This document shows positions 9,156 through 18,977 of a stretch of DNA of 64,000 nt, in pieces. The stretch lies in IMG/VR virus record IMGVR_UViG_3300038428_000489, one strand, 5' to 3'. Source of the stretch: an uncultured virus (IMG/VR IMGVR_UViG_3300038428_000489). Its lineage: Duplodnaviria > Heunggongvirae > Uroviricota > Caudoviricetes. Made by a program: the position numbers and the translations under genes. Each line of letters starts with the position of its first letter. Within the stretch, counting starts at the first letter, position 1. The notes beneath the pieces are model-generated. The model worked only from the letters and a program-made list of their open reading frames with translations, did not search any database and had not been told where the DNA came from.

Positions 9156-10472
9156 TTAATCCATCTTAACTGCCCAAAGAGTATCGGGTCCGGCAACAAC
9201 CCTGTCCATTCCGAAGAACTCGGTCAGAGCCTGGCGAACCCCAGGACACTCCGGGTGATCCAAGTCGTGGCCGCAGACCAGTTTACGGGTTCGGGGTACC
9301 CAAGTCTCCAGATCGGTCAAGACGCTCTGAGGATCATGGGGGCCGTCGATAAAAACCATGTCCACCACAGGCGGCACAATGTCGGTAGCCGCAGCCTCCA
9401 CGCTCGTCTTCTTGATGACCGTGAGGTGAGGGAAATGACCACAATTTTTAAGAAATTCCTTAAAGAAACTATCGCCTGTCTTGTAGCCGGTGAACTGGAG
9501 ATCTGCAGCAAACATCCATTCCCCTTGAAAGATAAAAGGATCAACAGCATAGACTTTCCCGTTGCCGCCGTTGCACCCCGAACACAAGGCAAAGGTGCTA
9601 CGACCCTGCAGACTACCGATTTCCACTACAGACTCCATTTTCTTGGCGGTTTCATGGAGCCAGTAAAGTTCCGCTCGGGTCATGCGGCCCGGGATTGCAA
9701 CGGCCTGAGCAACAGGATTTCGCGGATAAATAGCCCCATAAATTTCCTTCATAAGACCAGCTACTTTCCATTGGTCAATGACTTTGTGCATCTCGTCAAT
9801 CTTCTGGTCAACCGGGATAAGGTAGTGGTGCCAGAAGAATCCACCACCATCCGTGTAATTCTTCGCCAGCACATCCTTGATATTGACGAACTTCAGACCA
9901 TACTTGGCGATATTGCGGCTGAGGATATAATCGTCAATGAGGTGTTGAGGTTCAATGATACCACTCGTCCGTTCAATAACGCTCGGTTGGATGTTGTCGA
10001 TAGCCTCCGCCAGCGTAAGGTCGTCCACCGGTTTCCAGAGTTCGATGCACAGGTCGCTGGCGAGGGCCAGCCAATTCCCCGAACTGATATGCCGTCCATC
10101 CCGATGGAAGAACCTGTCAGTCTTCCATCGGGTGGGGGCAAAGTCAGAACCAAAATGGGCCACAGTATCCCGGGAAAGCAGTAAAGTCAGATCCGGGGTG
10201 TCCGGGTGGACCAGAACATCGGAGTCGATATAGATGTTCCAATCGTTCTCCATCTGCTGCGCCAGTTCGTAGACTTGCAGTTTCTCGTAGGTGATGGGCC
10301 AGTCGGGAAACCTCCGCTCCCGGATGATGTGAAAATCCGCCCCTATCTTCCGAGCGTAAGCCTGGATCAGGGGATAGGTGAGCGCTGTCATCTCTGGCGA
10401 GTAGTCGTTCACGTTGAGCGTGAAGATCGTCTTCTTGACCCGTTTCTGCCACATAAACCGATTACTCCCCAA
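9156..10472 (-). CDS. GT-A glycosyltransferase fused to a class I SAM methyltransferase (Methyltransf_24-like)
   Basis: N-terminal YARKIGADF..YEKLQ..IYIDSD; C-terminal VVEIGSLQGRST..YAVDPF..DMVFIDGPHD..GHD. Confidence 0.85.
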   Translation of the reverse strand: MGSNRFMWQKRVKKTIFTLNVNDYSPEMTALTYPLIQAYARKIGADFHIIRERRFPDWPITYEKLQVYELAQQMENDWNIYIDSDVLVHPDTPDLTLLLSRDTVAHFGSDFAPTRWKTDRFFHRDGRHISSGNWLALASDLCIELWKPVDDLTLAEAIDNIQPSVIERTSGIIEPQHLIDDYILSRNIAKYGLKFVNIKDVLAKNYTDGGGFFWHHYLIPVDQKIDEMHKVIDQWKVAGLMKEIYGAIYPRNPVAQAVAIPGRMTRAELYWLHETAKKMESVVEIGSLQGRSTFALCSGCNGGNGKVYAVDPFIFQGEWMFAADLQFTGYKTGDSFFKEFLKNCGHFPHLTVIKKTSVEAAATDIVPPVVDMVFIDGPHDPQSVLTDLETWVPRTRKLVCGHDLDHPECPGVRQALTEFFGMDRVVAGPDTLWAVKMD

Positions 10473-11166
10473 TTACCATAAGGTCCAGAGAAGCGGTAGG
10501 AGCTACTGCGCCGGTAGTAAATTCCACCAAAGCACCCACCGCAGCTTCACCGCTCAGAGAGTGGGTATGGGTCCCCATAGCACTGCCAGTAAAGGCGGGA
10601 GCTGCGATGGTCAGAACCGTGTTGGCCAAATTGCCGGTGGCGCTGGTGTTCTGGACACCGGAGTCGGCCCCAGCAGCAGCGATGGTAGCATCGCTGGCGT
10701 TGACTTTGACCAACGCTGTACCGTTGACGCCAACCGTATCGTTGGCGGCAATGCTGCCTGAACCCTGAATTTTGAGGGTGTGGGCATGGGCATCAATGGT
10801 TAAACCCGCTGCCGCCAAATTACCCGTAGGGACCGCCACATTGCCCGCGGGTGTCCCGGCAGAAACCGCAACTACCGCAAGGGACCCAGCCGTGGGCGCC
10901 TCATAGATGCGGATGGTGCCGTAGTTCTTGTCGTATTTGTAAACGTAGCCGTCCCCAGGGGGCGGAGTGATGATGATTCTCAGAATTTTTTTGAGAAAGT
11001 CGCCCAAGGCCCCCATAGCAGGCAGAGGGACGCCGTGGGCCGGGTAGTACGAAGCCCCATCGCCAAAAGCAATGGTGGGGAAACTTACCTTCGGCTGTCC
11101 AGGAGGATTGAAGCACAACTGAGGAATCACCGTAACAATAACATCGGTTGCGGCAAGATAGCCCAT
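10462..11166 (-). CDS. Putative head decoration/fibre protein
   Basis: Same domain as 7962..8336, interrupted by an Ala/Thr/Gly/Ser-rich insert carrying HAH and HTH motifs. Confidence 0.6.
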   Translation of the reverse strand: MGYLAATDVIVTVIPQLCFNPPGQPKVSFPTIAFGDGASYYPAHGVPLPAMGALGDFLKKILRIIITPPPGDGYVYKYDKNYGTIRIYEAPTAGSLAVVAVSAGTPAGNVAVPTGNLAAAGLTIDAHAHTLKIQGSGSIAANDTVGVNGTALVKVNASDATIAAAGADSGVQNTSATGNLANTVLTIAAPAFTGSAMGTHTHSLSGEAAVGALVEFTTGAVAPTASLDLMVIGE

Positions 11167-11188
11167 AAGTCAACTCCTTTAAAGACCG

Positions 11189-11214
11189 AGGCTCCGGGAT
11201 AACCCCCGGAGCCT
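11189..11214 (-). terminator. Hairpin after capsid/decoration genes (terminator or stabiliser)
   Basis: Perfect 10-bp inverted repeat aggctccggg/cccggagcct; weak U tail. Confidence 0.5.
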
Positions 11215-11221
11215 TGATCGA

Positions 11222-12178
11222 TTAATCGCCGCCAACAACCGCAAGGCGGTTGGTTCCGGTCACGGCGGTCTTCACCGGAGTCCGATTGACCACGAAGGGC
11301 ATGTCCGCTTCGGATTCCGCCCGGCAGTGCCAGCCAAAGAACGGTTGCAGGGTGCCGGTGCCAGTGGGTTTGGTTATCAATTCGATAGCCACTTGGTCAC
11401 CCGGCACCATGTCAGCCACACCCCGGATAGCCAACCCCTGGTAGGGGTACACGGCCTCGACTGGCAGGTTATCCACATCGGAAACGTAGTCGAAGCCTAC
11501 CGCATCGAGGGTTACCAGAGCAATGCTGGCCAGCAGAACTTTGTAGGACTGGTGGAGATGCCCGACATGATGGGCAACCACATCCATGTCGTGAAGGTTG
11601 TACCTGGTCAACATATCGTTCAGCATGGTGATGGAGGTTGCCAGGGTGGTGACCGGAGTGGTGCTGGTCAAGGCTTGAGCTGAAGCCCCGGCGCTATCGG
11701 TAACAAGGTGAAAAACCGGAGTTCCCTTGGCTTCATCGGTTGCTGCATGTGCCGTGAAGGCAGTGATAAGCAGGTTGATCTGGACCATCATGTCAGTCAG
11801 ACCGACGACCGGCGTTGATGGAGTTAAGGTTGCAGAAAAGTACGTGGTGTCAGGTAAAAGGTGAATCACAGCGTCAGCCGCGTGAGCGATCATGTTGGCT
11901 GACAAGTCGTTGCACAACTTGAGAGCGGTCGGCAGGTCCACGCAGGTCAAACCGTGCGGATAGCGATAGAGTCCCAGGGCGCCCGGGACGGTCAAAGCGA
12001 ACACGGTGACGGGCATAAATCCCAGCCGATCTACGGTCATCGGCTCTCGGGCAGTTTTGGTGGAGAGGGTAAAAACCCCCAGCGCCTGGCTGCTCAGGTT
12101 GATAGCCGCAGCCCCGCCCTGCCCGATGTCGGAGTTGGACCCGTCCACCACATGACGGTCGTAAGTTCCATATACCAT
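11222..12178 (-). CDS. Putative capsid-associated protein with three His-containing helical repeats
   Basis: Directly after the capsid gene; N.L....AH.AD..H motif three times. Confidence 0.6.
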   Translation of the reverse strand: MVYGTYDRHVVDGSNSDIGQGGAAAINLSSQALGVFTLSTKTAREPMTVDRLGFMPVTVFALTVPGALGLYRYPHGLTCVDLPTALKLCNDLSANMIAHAADAVIHLLPDTTYFSATLTPSTPVVGLTDMMVQINLLITAFTAHAATDEAKGTPVFHLVTDSAGASAQALTSTTPVTTLATSITMLNDMLTRYNLHDMDVVAHHVGHLHQSYKVLLASIALVTLDAVGFDYVSDVDNLPVEAVYPYQGLAIRGVADMVPGDQVAIELITKPTGTGTLQPFFGWHCRAESEADMPFVVNRTPVKTAVTGTNRLAVVGGD

Positions 12179-12207
12179 GTTAAATTACCTCCTATTACCT
12201 CGTCCCT

Positions 12208-13173
12208 TTACAGGGAGTTGATCTGGATGATTTTGGCCTTGCCCGCATCCGGGCTGTCCCAAACGCTCCCGAACCCGAGGATTCCATACCAGGCTACGGC
12301 TTTGGCACGGCCAAAATCGCTTTGGTAGTTGTTGTCCAGACGCAGATGAGGGGCTTCCGCTTCCAGGCGGGCCACTGCCTCATCGCCGAACACCACTCCC
12401 TCGCCCAAGTAGGCCGAGGTTCCAGCGGTATTGGAGAAGGCCAGAGGCCGGTTGCAGACCACCCAGCGAATCAATTCGGTGGCGCCCATTTCCCGCTTGA
12501 AAACGAAATCGCCTTTGGCCAGGTACTTGTGCCATTCCTGCCAGTAGCGGTCATTCTTCAGGGAGCGGTAGTTTTTGTTGGCGGTGATGCCGACAAACGA
12601 CTCACCCTCGAAAGGCGGGACGTAAAGGGTGTCCACCAGATAGTCCGAGATCTGGGTGCAATGATCGAAAGTCAGGCCCACGCCAGCTTTGGCCGCGGCG
12701 ACCCCGCTGGTGGCAAAGGTGCCAGTAGTCAGGCCCGAGGGGGTGAAGATAATCTTGACCGCGGTGCCGTCTTTGAAGGCGGTGGCGGTGGCGCTGTCCA
12801 GGGCTTCCTCCATCTGAAGCTTGAGCAACTGCTGAAGCTGGTCAGAAGGTTTGAAGACGGAAAGCTGCTCGGCCAGGTTGGTGAACTCCGTCCCTTCGCC
12901 GTATTCCACCACGGGAATCTGGCGATTGCCGTAGGCGGGTTTGCGGATCGGAATACGGTTGTTCTCCTGCAAAACCGAAGACGGGCTGTTGGGCAGCCGT
13001 TCGATGTGCATAATGTTGATATACTGGCCGGCATTGGCCTTAAATCCGATGCCATAGTCCCGGCCAAACGGGGCCACGATACAGGCGCCCGCGGCGACCT
13101 TGCGCAGCTTTTTGCTCAACTGCATATTTTTGTAGATGCCTACTGCGGCATCCCATTCCCAGTTAAAAGGCAT
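12208..13173 (-). CDS. Major capsid protein (HK97 fold, N4 gp56-like)
   Basis: Follows the scaffold; AAGGAGG RBS; VVEYG and DFGRAKAVAWYGILGFG motifs. Confidence 0.88.
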   Translation of the reverse strand: MPFNWEWDAAVGIYKNMQLSKKLRKVAAGACIVAPFGRDYGIGFKANAGQYINIMHIERLPNSPSSVLQENNRIPIRKPAYGNRQIPVVEYGEGTEFTNLAEQLSVFKPSDQLQQLLKLQMEEALDSATATAFKDGTAVKIIFTPSGLTTGTFATSGVAAAKAGVGLTFDHCTQISDYLVDTLYVPPFEGESFVGITANKNYRSLKNDRYWQEWHKYLAKGDFVFKREMGATELIRWVVCNRPLAFSNTAGTSAYLGEGVVFGDEAVARLEAEAPHLRLDNNYQSDFGRAKAVAWYGILGFGSVWDSPDAGKAKIIQINSL

Positions 13174-13207
13174 GATGCGCCTCCTTTATCATGCAAAGGC
13201 GGGCTTG

Positions 13208-14242
13208 CTAGAGGATTCGTCGCCCTCTGGCTTCTTCAAAATCATCCTTCAGCGAGCCCTCCGTCTCTTGTTGAGGTTGTTTCGGTTTCGGTTTAATCCC
13301 GCCTTTCCCCAAAGGCTGATTCTCCTGTTGGGTCTTGCGGGCTAAAGCATGTTTCTCTGCTTCCGAGAGGACTACTTTGCCGGTGCGGGTGCGAACGTAA
13401 TTGACCATCCACTCCACAGCTTCCGGAGTAGCACCCTTGCCCCTCATTTCTTGAGGCAACTTCTGGCCAGCCACGTCGAAAAGATCATAGTCGGCTGATT
13501 CCTGGTCTTCCAGTTTGAGGCCAGCTTTTTTGCCATAGTTCAGGGCATCTTCCCAAGCACGCTCGCCAGCGGTCTTTCTGTCCTCTTCTGCTCTGGCCAA
13601 CCTGTCGGCTTCTCTATCAGCCTTGATTTTGGCATCAATCCGGCTGTCAATGTCTTCAGGCGCTGCGGGTAGAGGAAACAGCCTTCTCTCGGCCCGGCGA
13701 ATCGCAAGATTGGCTTTTTCTGTAATTGCCGCCCATTGCTCAAGATAGTCCTCCGCCGTGCGGTCGAGTTCGTTAATATCCGCAGCAGCTTTAGCCCTGA
13801 TTGCCGTTGCCTGTTTCAGTAAATCCGCCTCTCGCTCTTCCACGCTGGGTTCGGGCGGCTTGACAATTTCCTCTTTTTTCTCCGGGGGCTTGATCTTGAG
13901 TTCATCCAGTTCCCGCTGAAGGGCTGCGGCCTCCATCTTGGCCTTGGTCATCTCCTTCTCGGCCTCGGCGTGAGATTTCTCCGCAGTCTCCTGATCTTTG
14001 AACCGAAAAGTCGGCTCCTTCTTCTCAGGAGGTTTTTCTTCCTCGCCCTCGCCCTTTTCGGGAGGCTTCTCTTCTTCCCCGGCAACCGGAGTTTCTTCTT
14101 TTTCAGGTTCCTCGTTCGGGTGTCCACCCATCAGCATATCGCCGGTGACCTCACGGCGATTATCCAACTCGTCCGCCAGAGTCTCTTCCCCAGGCTTCGG
14201 GCCGGTGATGATCTCTTCCTGTAGCGTTGCGCCTGTTGGCAT
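13208..14242 (-). CDS. Scaffolding protein
   Basis: Acidic, Pro/Glu/Lys-rich coiled coil between portal and capsid genes. Confidence 0.8.
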   Translation of the reverse strand: MPTGATLQEEIITGPKPGEETLADELDNRREVTGDMLMGGHPNEEPEKEETPVAGEEEKPPEKGEGEEEKPPEKKEPTFRFKDQETAEKSHAEAEKEMTKAKMEAAALQRELDELKIKPPEKKEEIVKPPEPSVEEREADLLKQATAIRAKAAADINELDRTAEDYLEQWAAITEKANLAIRRAERRLFPLPAAPEDIDSRIDAKIKADREADRLARAEEDRKTAGERAWEDALNYGKKAGLKLEDQESADYDLFDVAGQKLPQEMRGKGATPEAVEWMVNYVRTRTGKVVLSEAEKHALARKTQQENQPLGKGGIKPKPKQPQQETEGSLKDDFEEARGRRIL

Positions 14243-14261
14243 GGTTCTTGCTCCGCTCCAC

Positions 14262-14328
14262 GCCGGTTATCCTTGCGGGCCGGCAGGTTGTTTCTATGCC
14301 GAGGGTGTTATCCCGTATGGGGCACCCT
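14262..14328 (-). promoter_or_regulatory. Tandem bulged hairpins (GGAUAA) in the scaffold leader
   Basis: AGGGUG-CCCC-AUAC-GGG-AUAA-CACCCU and GCCGG-CCC-GCAA-GG-AUAA-CCGGC. Confidence 0.6.
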
Positions 14329-14677
14329 AAGTCTCCTTTTCAATAAGGCTGGCCAGTTGCGGTCCTAAGACCCTCATGGCCTGCCGTTCCCTCAAAAGGG
14401 GTAATACTTCCAAAATATTACGAATTTCGCCGATAGAAGCCTCCAGGGTCTGGCAAATCCCTTTCGGGTCGGTTGCAGCCAATTCCTCCAACCGAGCGGT
14501 ATATTGCTTTAAAAAAACTTTCAAGACAGCATTATTCTGGTGGAGAGCCACCGCCATGTCCGAGGCATCCAATAGACTCCGGGTAAACCGCTCCTGAACC
14601 TGACCCTTGCGCTGATCCGGCTTAAATTCTACGGGTCGCCCCGTCCTGATGTCAGTCTGCACGCCACCTCGCAACAT
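14327..14677 (-). CDS. Hypothetical head-module protein
   Basis: Abuts the portal stop codon; helical. Confidence 0.7.
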   Translation of the reverse strand: MLRGGVQTDIRTGRPVEFKPDQRKGQVQERFTRSLLDASDMAVALHQNNAVLKVFLKQYTARLEELAATDPKGICQTLEASIGEIRNILEVLPLLRERQAMRVLGPQLASLIEKET

Positions 14678-16675
14678 TTATTGCATCCCTCCCGGCATTT
14701 CCGTCGGTTGCGCGGGTGCTCCGCCACCTTCACCCGGTGGTTGCGCCGCTACCGCCCCGGCTTGAGCATCGAACATACCAGCTTGTGCCACATGCCGGTC
14801 GCCTTCTGCGCCGACCTCGTGGGCCTCAGCTCCAGCCTTGGCAGCTTCACCAGCTTCTTTCTGCTTCTGCGCCTCAATCTGAGCTTCCTGTTGGGCCTGC
14901 TGCTTGGCATCAATCTGTTTGGCCTCTTCTTCGGTTACTACAATGCCCTCATCCTCCAGGTTGGCCCGCTTTTCTATGGCTTTGATAATTCCATAGGGCT
15001 TCATATAGACTCCAAAGACCTTACCTAAACCGTTAGGATCACAGAGCGGCAAGACTAATTTACCGATAGTATTGATCACTTCCTGGTTTTGAAGAACCGT
15101 AGAGGCTCCACTGATCCTGAAACTCCCACTAGTCAAACTGGGAAGACGAAGGCCGGTAGCGGAGCTATCTCGATACTTGTCAGCCACCTCCGACCCCATC
15201 CATTTCGCTAATTCATCATAGGTGAGATTGATCCTGACCGTCTCGTACAGAGCTTCGATGGCACTCAAGGCCCCGTCATCCAAGTTGCCACCCACCAAGC
15301 TCATCACGGTATTGGATTGCTGTAGGTTCTGTGCCGACTCCCGAGCGGTTACTTCGGCCCGATAATCCGGGAGGCCCTGCTGGGCGTAGGTCACTGGTCC
15401 GCCGGTTTGAAAAGTCTGATCGCCGAATTTGAGATTCGCCAGGATATCACCTGTGATGCTCTTGCGGTCCACCACCCGAATCGCCATATTTCCCTGTTGA
15501 GTTCCCCGAACGAGGTAGAGCTTACCAGGGTAGTCGGTCAAGTCCTCGGGGTCCACCATACTGGAAGTGTCAATCTCTTTCTGAGGATTGACCGTCCAGT
15601 TGAGGTTGTCGATATACAGGGCAAACAGGTTGCACATGGCGTACCACAGGCTCTTGAGGCCGGTGAGCAGGGAACGGCCATCGTGACGGAGCAGGTGCGG
15701 CAGGGGGCTAAAGCTGGTTCCAGGCCAGCGCAGAGTTGGGTAAGGGCTAATCTTGGGGAGTTTAACCACCCGGTCAGCCACTACCCAATAAGTAGAATTG
15801 GGTAGAAGCTCTTCGCCCCGTCGGCTAAGGATGGTGCCGTAGAACTCGGAGGTCAGAACCTTGGTGCGAAAGGATGATTGCTGGTAGAGCATATCCCGGC
15901 GCCGTTTCAGTTCGCTGGGATCGATATTGGCATCGGCTGAGGGGTTGCCCCATTGCCCGCCAGGCCCACAATCCTGGAGGTTCTGAAGTATCCCGGCTCC
16001 CTCCATCTTCTTCAAATCGGAGTAGTCCAGCCATTCTTGGTGAATCCAATACATACCCGACTGGGGCTGACGGCTGAGAGAATCGGGGTCGCGGTGTATC
16101 TTCCAGGGTTCGATCAAGTCCCAATAAGGTCCTTGACCAGAGCGCCACATGGGAATCATCTCCATGCTCTGACCCACCGCCGCCCCCATCTGGGTGGCGT
16201 CCAGAAAATTAATCGGGAAGTTGGAGAAGGATTTGGACATCATCAGAGACATCAGTTTGCGAATAAATTCCGCATCGACTTTGTTTTGCTCGTTCTCGAT
16301 ACTTAAAAACTGCGGGTCAAAAGCCTTGCTGATAACCGCCAGGAAAGCCATGACGTAAATATTCGGCTTGGGTAGGATCGCCCGGCTCTGCCACTCCTCC
16401 TTGAAGTTGTAATTCAACGGCTCTTTCTCGTTAAAAACATCCCAGCACTCCGCCTGTTCATCCCGAATATCTTTCATGGAATCCCGGGACTCCTTCACAC
16501 AAGCATTTAGATAGGCGACAAAATGGGCCTCATCCTCCCCGGCGTAAGCCTGGGTGGCTTCCTCTCTTTCCGCCAATTCCTTGTCATCCATCTCTGGCTT
16601 GGCGCTCTCCATCTCCAGCTTGTTGCGAGAGCGTTGCACCTCGGCGGTTGGATCTTCAGGAACGGTAATTGCCAT
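14678..16675 (-). CDS. Portal protein
   Basis: 665 aa between terL and scaffold; WQSRAILPKP, YIDNLNWTVNP and TARE motifs; Gln-rich C-terminal barrel. Confidence 0.88.
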   Translation of the reverse strand: MAITVPEDPTAEVQRSRNKLEMESAKPEMDDKELAEREEATQAYAGEDEAHFVAYLNACVKESRDSMKDIRDEQAECWDVFNEKEPLNYNFKEEWQSRAILPKPNIYVMAFLAVISKAFDPQFLSIENEQNKVDAEFIRKLMSLMMSKSFSNFPINFLDATQMGAAVGQSMEMIPMWRSGQGPYWDLIEPWKIHRDPDSLSRQPQSGMYWIHQEWLDYSDLKKMEGAGILQNLQDCGPGGQWGNPSADANIDPSELKRRRDMLYQQSSFRTKVLTSEFYGTILSRRGEELLPNSTYWVVADRVVKLPKISPYPTLRWPGTSFSPLPHLLRHDGRSLLTGLKSLWYAMCNLFALYIDNLNWTVNPQKEIDTSSMVDPEDLTDYPGKLYLVRGTQQGNMAIRVVDRKSITGDILANLKFGDQTFQTGGPVTYAQQGLPDYRAEVTARESAQNLQQSNTVMSLVGGNLDDGALSAIEALYETVRINLTYDELAKWMGSEVADKYRDSSATGLRLPSLTSGSFRISGASTVLQNQEVINTIGKLVLPLCDPNGLGKVFGVYMKPYGIIKAIEKRANLEDEGIVVTEEEAKQIDAKQQAQQEAQIEAQKQKEAGEAAKAGAEAHEVGAEGDRHVAQAGMFDAQAGAVAAQPPGEGGGAPAQPTEMPGGMQ

Positions 16676-16683
16676 GGAGGTCC

Positions 16684-16893
16684 TTAAAATTTCTTTTTGG
16701 TCAGATGCCCCGTGTTGGTCTTCTTCACCGGCAGACCTTTTTCCTTGGTTGCCGCAAAGTCGTGGAGCTGCTCATGGGTCATGCTTTTGGCCATTTCTGC
16801 GGAAGCGGAACCCGGCTTTGCCTTGATCTTGCCTTCCTTCACCGCTTCAGCAATACCAGCCGCCTGCCTTTGCTTCTTGCTTTCTGCTGGCAT
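16684..16893 (-). CDS. DUF3008-like protein
   Basis: MPAESKKQRQAAGIA..SMTHEQLHDFAATKEKGLP. Confidence 0.8.
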   Translation of the reverse strand: MPAESKKQRQAAGIAEAVKEGKIKAKPGSASAEMAKSMTHEQLHDFAATKEKGLPVKKTNTGHLTKKKF

Positions 16894-16902
16894 ACCGCCT
16901 CC

Positions 16903-17136
16903 TTAATGCTGGGTCATTTGATTACAGACCACACATGGAACACACACAGCATCTATGATGGCTGCCTGGGTTAAGCAGTCCTCATAATGAGGACAATCCC
17001 GGCGTTCCGTCAGACGATGCCCTTGAAGAAAGTCTCGGGGAAGTATGCTCGGACTGCGATGTTCATGCCCACCGCAAATTACGCAGCGGCCATTGGGATA
17101 AAGTTGCCGGTCAGTAGCGAATAATTGTGCGCCCAT
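16903..17136 (-). CDS. Cys-rich hypothetical protein
   Basis: CxxC motifs; in operon. Confidence 0.55.
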   Translation of the reverse strand: MGAQLFATDRQLYPNGRCVICGGHEHRSPSILPRDFLQGHRLTERRDCPHYEDCLTQAAIIDAVCVPCVVCNQMTQH

Positions 17137-17416
17137 TTTCTTGTTTTATTACCTCTCCTAAAGGATTATTCTTGGCGGCAGCCATTGCCGTCCAGAACTC
17201 ATCGTCACCCACCAGCGAATGGGTCACGCAGGCTGTCTCGCCGTGGTCCAATTTAGCAAGGTCACCATCCCAGCCCTTCTCCGGAAACACCATCTGACCA
17301 GTGAGCGTGTTGCGAAACGCCTGGCGCCCAATCTTGTTGCCTTCCCGGTCCTTGCCTTCAAAAGACTGGACTTCAACCCAGCGTTTCCATCCGGGGGTCT
17401 CCACCTTGATCGCCAT
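17111..17416 (-). CDS. Hypothetical protein
   Basis: Directly downstream of terL, with RBS. Confidence 0.6.
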   Translation of the reverse strand: MAIKVETPGWKRWVEVQSFEGKDREGNKIGRQAFRNTLTGQMVFPEKGWDGDLAKLDHGETACVTHSLVGDDEFWTAMAAAKNNPLGEVIKQENGRTIIRY

Positions 17417-17420
17417 CGGC

Positions 17421-18884
17421 CTACACGCCTCCCCTGGCAGCCAGTCCAGTTGACCCGTAACTTTTAGCCCGGTTCCGCATCTTGGTGGTCACCTGCTTCA
17501 TTGCTCCCTTGCTCACCCGTACAATTTGGCTTCCCAGCAGCACACACACGGAATTAGCCCAAGCGTCCATGACATGGCTGATCTCGTCCTTCACGGGTTC
17601 TGTTCCCACAATATTGCCCGAGTTGTCGATCTTAAAATGCCAAGCTCCGTTTAAGCCTTTATCCAGCAGATGGTTGCTGGCCGACAAATAAATCATCGGG
17701 TCATTGTTCTGGTTGGAATGTACCAGCCAATAATTGAAGCTGCGCTCAATCTCCCGCCAGGTGACAGGTCCACCCTCAAAACGAGGTTTATAGACTCCAT
17801 GACCGAACTGAGAGAAGAACTTCTCCACATCCTCAGAGGATTTGTGGTTGATGTTTCCCTGGTCGGGGGTCGCCATGGTTCGGTCCCCGCCGATCCGCCA
17901 GGACCGCCACTTGTCTTTCCATTTGGGGTTCCCAAGAAGAGGACCAACTTGAGTTTCCAGGAGAGTAGAGATGTCCGAACCCTCCACCCGCACGGTGTCG
18001 ATATAGACCAAGCGGTTGGATTTGGTTATCTGTCCCAAGACGCAGGTGGGATTGTGCCAGCCATCGCAGAAAGCAAAACATTCTAAACCAGCGGCTGGCT
18101 CAATAACGCTGGGGCAAAGATGAATAGCCCGCCGGTAGCCCGGGGCCACGTTCTTGCCTGGCTTAAATTCGGCAAAGCGGCCCTCCACATACCTGGCCCT
18201 GGCCGTCTCATCATGGCTAAAGACTCTCCTGGCCATCTGCATGGCTTCTTCATTAAGAACTTGAATCTCAGCATAGGGCACATGAAATACCCGTTTGACG
18301 ATCAGGGGAGTCTCGGGGTCGATATCAGGTTCCAGGATTAGCCGGCGATAAGTCCAGTGGGTCTCCTCGGCATAATTCATGTCAATCTGGAGCCGACTTG
18401 GCCCGCCGCTCCTGCGAGTAGAACGATAAGCGGCATGGTCATAAACCACTTCCGGCACCCCGGCGTTTTGCCGCTCAGTCATGGGGGCTGGATCGTTAAT
18501 CCAGATCAAGGACCAGGAAGAAGCACCCTGAAGACGCTGAAGGTCGGCGGGGTCGTTGCACCCAAACAGGTCAGCCTCAATCTTCAGCCCCCCAGCGACA
18601 TCAATCCGCAATTCCTTGTTCTCATTCTTAAAATGGACCTGGCCGGGGGCGACTTCAAAATACTCGAAAAAAGAAGGCACTACAGAAATACGGATGTTCT
18701 CTAAGGTGTCCCGGATGATGGCAATGCGGATACTGGTACCGCATTGTTGCTGGTGAGCAAGGATTGCCTGGATAGAGGCAAAAGTCTTATGCGACCCCGG
18801 TGGTCCAAACAGGGCATTGATTTGGGCGGTGGAATGAATGTAGGCCAGAGAGGTTGGCCCAAATAACCACTGGACATCTATCAT
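17421..18884 (-). CDS. terL: Terminase large subunit
   Basis: Walker A GPPGSHKT, IIRDT, DMN..HW and RYVEGRF motifs; RNase H-like nuclease FCDG..GD..SHVMDA. Confidence 0.88.
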   Translation of the reverse strand: MIDVQWLFGPTSLAYIHSTAQINALFGPPGSHKTFASIQAILAHQQQCGTSIRIAIIRDTLENIRISVVPSFFEYFEVAPGQVHFKNENKELRIDVAGGLKIEADLFGCNDPADLQRLQGASSWSLIWINDPAPMTERQNAGVPEVVYDHAAYRSTRRSGGPSRLQIDMNYAEETHWTYRRLILEPDIDPETPLIVKRVFHVPYAEIQVLNEEAMQMARRVFSHDETARARYVEGRFAEFKPGKNVAPGYRRAIHLCPSVIEPAAGLECFAFCDGWHNPTCVLGQITKSNRLVYIDTVRVEGSDISTLLETQVGPLLGNPKWKDKWRSWRIGGDRTMATPDQGNINHKSSEDVEKFFSQFGHGVYKPRFEGGPVTWREIERSFNYWLVHSNQNNDPMIYLSASNHLLDKGLNGAWHFKIDNSGNIVGTEPVKDEISHVMDAWANSVCVLLGSQIVRVSKGAMKQVTTKMRNRAKSYGSTGLAARGGV

Positions 18885-18977
18885 ATCTCATTAGTAAGAT
18901 GATAACTGAATAAAAATCAAGAGGGCTTGACACTTAGCAAAATAGGGGTTAATAATGAGAAAAACAGGAGCCGCAAT

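Noticed and set aside
9042..10184. 380-aa plus-strand ORF (also 12322..13296 and 62234..63268)
   Set aside because: Antisense shadows of well-supported minus-strand genes, with no recognisable motifs
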